NCBI GenBank assembly: GCA_965112735.1
Contig: OZ218950.1
Span: forward strand, 6,386,001 to 6,450,000
Reading direction: 5' to 3'
Source: Phaeosaccion multiseriatum
Taxonomy: Eukaryota; Protista; Ochrophyta, other classes
DNA: 64,000 bases
Shown piece after piece: positions 58,672-64,000 of the stretch (positions are counted from its first letter, which is position 1; each line of letters starts with the position of its first letter). Made by a program: the position numbers and the translations under genes. Below the pieces are notes generated by a model. It did no database searches and was not told the DNA's origin. It saw nothing but the letters and a program-made list of their open reading frames with translations.

Positions 58672-59621
58672 CGCTCCCTCTCCTTCTCTCTCTCTCATCC
58701 CCCCCTCTCTCTCTCATCTGTCCGTCCCACCTACCTCTCAGGCGGTGGCTCTGAAGCTGCTGGTGCCGTGCGGAGGAGACTCCCCCCCGGAGAAGTACGT
58801 CATGGCGGACGCTGAGGGAGAGGCGGTGGGTGTTTCTCTCTATCACCTCGACAGGGCCTCGTGTGCGGGGTACGTAAGAGCGTGCGTTAGTGAGTGAGTG
58901 AGTGAGTGAGAGAGCACCTGAGTGCGTGCGTGTGTGTGTGCGTGCGCGTGCGTGTATGCTTGCAGGACGGATCAGTCGATCAAAACCCTCATATTGCAGG
59001 AGCGACGAAGGGGCGCTTGCATCATTTGTGTACTTACTTGCCTCATCACTGTCGTTTTATTTGTCCTTTCTTGATGCCTGTTGCTACTCTACCACTCCTT
59101 TGCTTGGGTCGTGTTGCTGCCATGCCAGCTTCAATTCGAAGGACACGTTTATCGTCAAGTCTCCTAAGATGAGGCGGGTGTCGTACAAGAGAGGTGCTCC
59201 CAGGAGCGTCGCCAGCGCTAAGGCGGGAGGAGGAGGAGGAGGAGGAGGGGGGGGGGGGGGGGCTGACCGGCAGGGCTCCAAGGAGAGTAAACAAGCTGTT
59301 GCTGCTGGTGGTGGGGTTGCTGGTGCTGCTGCTACTGGTGCTGCTGCAGGGGACAGCTGTAGCGAAGGGCAAACAACGAGTGCGGGAGCGACGACAGCAG
59401 TGGAGACAGGGGAAGGAGGAGGACAAGAGGCTGCCGCGCACAAACGCGAAGATGGTAGCGACGATAGGGGTGCTGGTGATGGTGTTGGTGATGATGACTC
59501 GACGACAGTTTCGTATCGGAATATCCGGATCGTGGAGTGCGGTAAGCTGCACGTCAACGGAAAGTGCATGGAGGGGGCATATGCACCGGCAGAGGTGCAT
59601 CTTGCCAACTTTGACAAATAG
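55989..59621 (+). CDS. TTC5: Tetratricopeptide repeat protein 5 (TPRs + C-terminal OB-fold), multi-exon
   Basis: LYDLHDYFF, YLRGRALD..LQKAVKLHPSNVDAWNALGHCFWKK, SLQQLSMLLRQ, AKQAVALGVTDGESWYVLGNAY, NPDLFYNRA, KGKLKPKRL, IRIV..LHVNG. Confidence 0.92.
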
Positions 59622-59912
59622 ACCCCACCGTGCGAGCGCCGTATATGGTGCGTCTCTCTCACACACACACCAAGGGCCAAGGGCGCGCCACATGACGAAA
59701 TTTTTTGGATCACCAACACTCAAAGGATCCTGCTGCTGGTGGAGAGCAACATCAAAATTAAAAAAGAAAGAAAAAAAAACATGCCTCCTCCTTTGGGGAT
59801 GGGCTGCTGGCAGCGACAACTACAGGGTCAGGACATAAGTTCTTGGCTGCCAGACATACTCTGAATGCGGTTCGTGCAAAGCGAAGGACTGACCTCCAGA
59901 GAACATTAGAAG

Positions 59913-60392
59913 ATGATGGCTCGGGGGAAGGCATTTTTGAAGCAGCATGCTCCGCAGCGGGGGCAGGAGCAGCAGGAGCAGCAGAAGAAGCAGCAGGAGA
60001 AGAAGGAAGAGGAGGAGCAGCACCAAAAGAAGAAAGAGGCTTCATTTCACAGTTCCTGTTCTGAGAGCTTATTAGACAGCGACGACCAGTCACCCCAAGC
60101 GCTGGAGGCCCTCGTGCGAGAGCAACAAAAGGCCGATCGCCAAGTCATGGAGCGTATGTATGCTAGACTCCGCCCACCCCTGGCGGCGAGAGAAGAAGGT
60201 GGGATGGGAAGACGGCCGCCAACAGCGGGGGTGGACAAATTGGCTGCATCAGCATACTCATTACGTGTACCAGCACTCATGACGCCCAAGGCTATTCGAA
60301 TGGCGGCAGCAGACTTTAAAGAAAAGAAACGGCATACGACTCTATTTCGAAATCAATCCATCAACACGAGTGCAATGCCTGGCAGGAAGTAG
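59913..60392 (+). CDS. Hypothetical protein or exon (charged, 159 aa)
   Basis: ATG-initiated ORF with a non-repetitive C-terminal half; no family recognised. Confidence 0.3.
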   Translation: MMARGKAFLKQHAPQRGQEQQEQQKKQQEKKEEEEQHQKKKEASFHSSCSESLLDSDDQSPQALEALVREQQKADRQVMERMYARLRPPLAAREEGGMGRRPPTAGVDKLAASAYSLRVPALMTPKAIRMAAADFKEKKRHTTLFRNQSINTSAMPGRK

Positions 60393-60773
60393 TCCTACGC
60401 TCCGGCCCATTCCATCCACTCCTTTCGGAGAGCGAGCCTACGAGCGATGCAAGCATTCGCCCTGTGCCTGCCTGTCGCTATCGCTCGTCGCGACGATGCA
60501 GTGGAGCAGCGACGGCCAAAGCAGGGAGTCAATCAGCGGGGCTGGCCTGGCTGGTGAACGCCTCTGATCTCCCCGGGCTGGGTCAGGAGTAGTTGAGGGC
60601 TGGTGAAGACCTCTTACTTAGTGTACATGTATACGCATTTTGAGCACACCTTGCTGTCTTACTAATAATAATGGTAGTTGCGGGCTGGTGAATACCTCTA
60701 ACTGAACTTCGAAGATACATACAATGTACATATATACGCATTTTGTCCCCCTTCTTTCTTTCTCTTGTAGCTG

Positions 60774-61647
60774 CTACTCTCCCACTCCCTCCTGATGCTC
60801 CCGCTGATGCTCCTGCTGATGCTCTTCCATCACGCCCGCACTGATCTGTTCTTGCCCCTGGTCTTCCTGTGGCTGCGGCGGCTGCTCTTGGTGCTGCCCT
60901 TGATCCTGCTTCGCTTCTTCCGCTTCCTGCTGCGCCTTCCTTTCCTGCCGCTGCCGCTCCCACTTCTCCTCTTCTTGCTGCTGCTGCTGCTGCTGTTGCT
61001 GTTGCCTCTTAAGCTGCAGCTCCTGAAACTCCTGCTGCTTCGTCTTCTTCCTCTTCGGCTTAGTCTTCTGCTGTGCACCCTTGGAGGTCACATTCGCCGC
61101 TGCCCTTCCTCCTCCAGTTGTCGTGGCTGCTGCTGCTCTCGGTCTTGTTGCTACTGCCCTCGGCCCCTGCCGTTCCCTGCTCTGTACTCGCCGTAACCGT
61201 GTCACTACAATCATGAGGGTAAAGGAAGCGCGAGACGCACAAGACGGAGGAAAACATTTAGAGATGGAGAGCGATACGGAAAAACATGGGAAAGCGGGAG
61301 AAGGCAGCAAAATCCTTTGTGTATCGTGAGGGGCTGGGCACGGGTACAGCACAAAGGGAAGGGGCAACTCTTCTCTCTATCTCTCTGTCTCTCTCTCTCC
61401 CCTCTCTCCCTCTCTCTCCCAGTCTCTCTCTTCCAGTTTCTGCCTCTTCGGCCTCTGCACGGCGCAAAGAACCCCGATGGAGTACATGCATGCAAGGGGT
61501 GCTCTTCCACTTACGATATCGTTGTACTCCCTTGGATTGGGCAAAGCGCGCCGTCCACGCCTCGCTCATCTCCCATTGCCCCTCGCCAGGCAGCAGCAGC
61601 ACGGGACTGTCTCCCTTTTGCGGCCCGTCTCCCTCCTGCCCCTCCTC

Positions 61648-61713
<66 letters not shown>

Positions 61714-62214
61714 TTGTTGCTGCTTCTCTCGCTCTACTAGCGGCGGGCCCTCCTGCATCCAGCCCCCTCTCGTCTGGGATGAGAAGGGACCCCCCTCATT
61801 GTGCACTGGATGATGTGCTCTACTTCCGTCCTCCCGCTCTTCCCGAAAGAAGGAGGGTGTGTGCTCTACCAGGTACGGGTCATTGGCGTGCGTATAGCTT
61901 GGTGGCATGGACCGAGAGGGGAAGCGTGAGGCATGCCAGGAACAGCCAACCTGGGGTTCCTGAGGCGGTGCGGGCCCGGAGGAGTGATTCACCGCTGCTC
62001 GTGTGCCCCATTCGAGATGTACGGGCGCTGCAACAAAGGACACAAGGAGAAGGAGAGGTTGAGCTGGGAGATGAGACCACGGACTCGTGCCTGAGGCATC
62101 TTTCCCCTCACCTCGGTGGTTGGAGCCCGTGGGACGAGACCGGCGCGGGTGGGGAAGCGTGGATGACGGCTGGCAACGAAAGAAAGGCAAGGCCTCCGAC
62201 GCGTAGTCGCCCAT
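60774..62214 (-). CDS. Hypothetical polyQ-rich protein, probably spliced; boundaries uncertain
   Basis: Q/E-rich open frames 61258-62214 and 60774-61367, with a plausible intron after WEMSEAWTARFAQSKGVQRYR. Confidence 0.35.
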
Positions 62215-62430
62215 GGGAAGGTCGAGAGGGATTAAGGGATTGAGGGGCCTGGGGGGGGCTTAGCGCGAAGAAGCTGAAGTTCGCAGCCTCCTCATCCAGA
62301 GTCACAAATGGTTTGCCCTTCCTTTTTTCTTTTTTCTTTCTCTTTCTCTCCTTCTTCTTCCTTACCACGCAGAGCCTTGCTTACACAAGTTGGCACCAAG
62401 CAGCTGTAGGCGATCATCGGAAAGGTCACT

Positions 62431-64000
62431 ATGCAGCAGCCGAAGCTGTGCCTTGGGGCCTTGGCCCTTGGGTGCGTGTTTTCCACGTCAGTAGCCTTTG
62501 TGTCTCCCCTCTCTGCCCCTCGCGGCTTTGTGGCTCCTCTCCAGCAGCCGCAGCATCAGCAGCACAAGCAGAGCCGAGGACTCGGCCATGGATCTGTTGG
62601 GGTATTGCATTCTGCCTTGGAGACTCGCCGTAGCACGAGGTAAGCTTAAGACTGTCACAAGAAGGTACCTGCGTCATCTGGCACCTTGCATGGTGCCACT
62701 TTCAGGAGATACAAACGGTCAAGAGCGAGAGCAGCCCTCCAATCGCTCCTTGTTGGTTTGAATCTACTGCGAACGAAGATGACGACGTGCGACTCCTCCT
62801 TTGTCTCCCCTTTCACCTGTTTGTCCTACTCTCTCTCCCTCTCTCCTACTCTCTCTCTCTCTGTCTGTCTTTGTCAGCATGATCTTTAGGTGGGGTCGAC
62901 GAGACCATCAGGCAAAATCAAGGCAGAGCTCATCGGCGCTGCGCATGGTATCAGGGACAGACGATGTCCAGGGGAACGACAAGACGGGCGTCAGGAGGCT
63001 TGTTTTGGGAGGAATCTGGGCAGGCCTGGTCGCTTGGGCTTTTCTCTTTGCTCCTGGAAATAACCCGGCTGCCAAGGCTCTCGACGCGCAGCTTGTCACC
63101 GCTATGATTGCGAATCTAGCGGACACCAATGTAGACTTGATCTTCCGCCTGGTGTTCAACGCCTTGGGCCTCATGCCGCTCCTGTACGCCGGCATCCTGC
63201 TGCCTGGCTCCAAGGACCAGAAGCCGGTCCCTGCCTTTCCGTTCATTTTGTCCTCCATGGCCCTCGGATTTTTCGGGTTGGGGCCGTACGTGGCACTTCG
63301 AGAGTAAGTATATCTAAAGTTCCCTCCCTCTCTTTCCTCCTCCTCTTCCTCCTCACCGTTTACTCACACTCCCTCTGCTTTGTTTTCTGTTGCATTCCGC
63401 GCTGTTCCGAACCTTGCCTTCCCCCCCCTACACACAGATACAAGCCTTCGGTAAACCCTGAGAGCCTCGGCTGGGTACGTTCGTTCAGTTCCTTTGTGAT
63501 AGTCTGGCGCCTTTGCAACACTTCTGAATCGGCGGGCCTTTGTGCTCTCAGGAATGAATGTGCGCCTCTGGAAAAGAACCAAAGGGAGAAGGAATCGCCC
63601 TCGTTGCTAACCTTGGTCATCTGAGCTGCTTCCCACCTCACTTGTCTTGCTCTGCCCTCGGTCAGGGGGGAGGGGAGCGGGGGTGGGGTGGGCAGTGGCG
63701 TGTGGGCGTTTCCACAAACACTTGACTTGCTCCCCTCCCCCTCCCTTTCTATTGTTTTCCTCTCCCTCGTCCTGTGTCCCTCTCCCCTCCACCCTGCCCC
63801 TCCTCTTTGCCTCTCTTGCATCATCAGCTAGCCAAAGGGGCCAACTCGAAGGCCTTTGGCGGCGTTTGCCTGCTTTACCTGCTGGGGCTTTGCTACACAG
63901 CCACTACTGGAGACCTCTCCGCAAGCTGGCCAGAGTTCCTCCGGCTCGCCTCCACACAGCAGCTCGTCAACGTCTCGTCGGTGCGTCGTGCGAATCACTC
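62431..64000 (+). CDS. Plastid-targeted multi-pass membrane protein (cyanobacterial/plant DUF2834-like), runs off the right edge
   Basis: Signal peptide + SVA-FVSP (ASAFAP-type) presequence; FLFAPG, LVFNALGLMPLLYAGILLP, PAFPFILSSMALGFFGLGPYVALR. Confidence 0.78.

Noticed and set aside
1-64000. tRNA, rRNA or snRNA genes
   Set aside because: No cloverleaf or recognisable RNA motif seen by eye; a covariance-model scan was not run.

Overview
Eukaryotic, intron-rich, microsatellite-rich DNA, most likely from a photosynthetic stramenopile (ochrophyte). This rests on a bipartite signal+'AF' plastid presequence, WRKY19-type CCCH finger arrays, an Afi1/MesA-like gene and Tom70-like exons. The single-copy genes are an animal-type haem-peroxidase-domain protein lacking its catalytic residues, NAT9, Afi1/MesA-like, LRRC57, biotin ligase, a WRKY19-like Zn-finger protein, ABHD17, TTC14-like, an RNI-type LRR protein, TTC5 and a plastid membrane protein. 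Two related clusters (about 7.0-18.0 kb and 29.4-39.2 kb) are built from a repeated unit: Tom70-like TPR 3' exons followed by an intronless FNIP/LRR-repeat gene. The five FNIP genes carry 6-12 double repeats on a near-invariant scaffold with two hypervariable windows. In all 43 copies of one window the two variable codons are NNT-NNC. Repeat cassettes are shuffled between genes while adjacent flanks remain about 99% identical. This looks like a rapidly diversifying binder/receptor repertoire and is the best candidate for an undescribed system. FNIP upstream regions also collect mobile DNA (a MITE with a 6-bp TSD and a truncated RLE-type LINE), and a second TIR family brackets the Zn-finger gene. 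Exon boundaries and counts were derived by hand; no database search was run.
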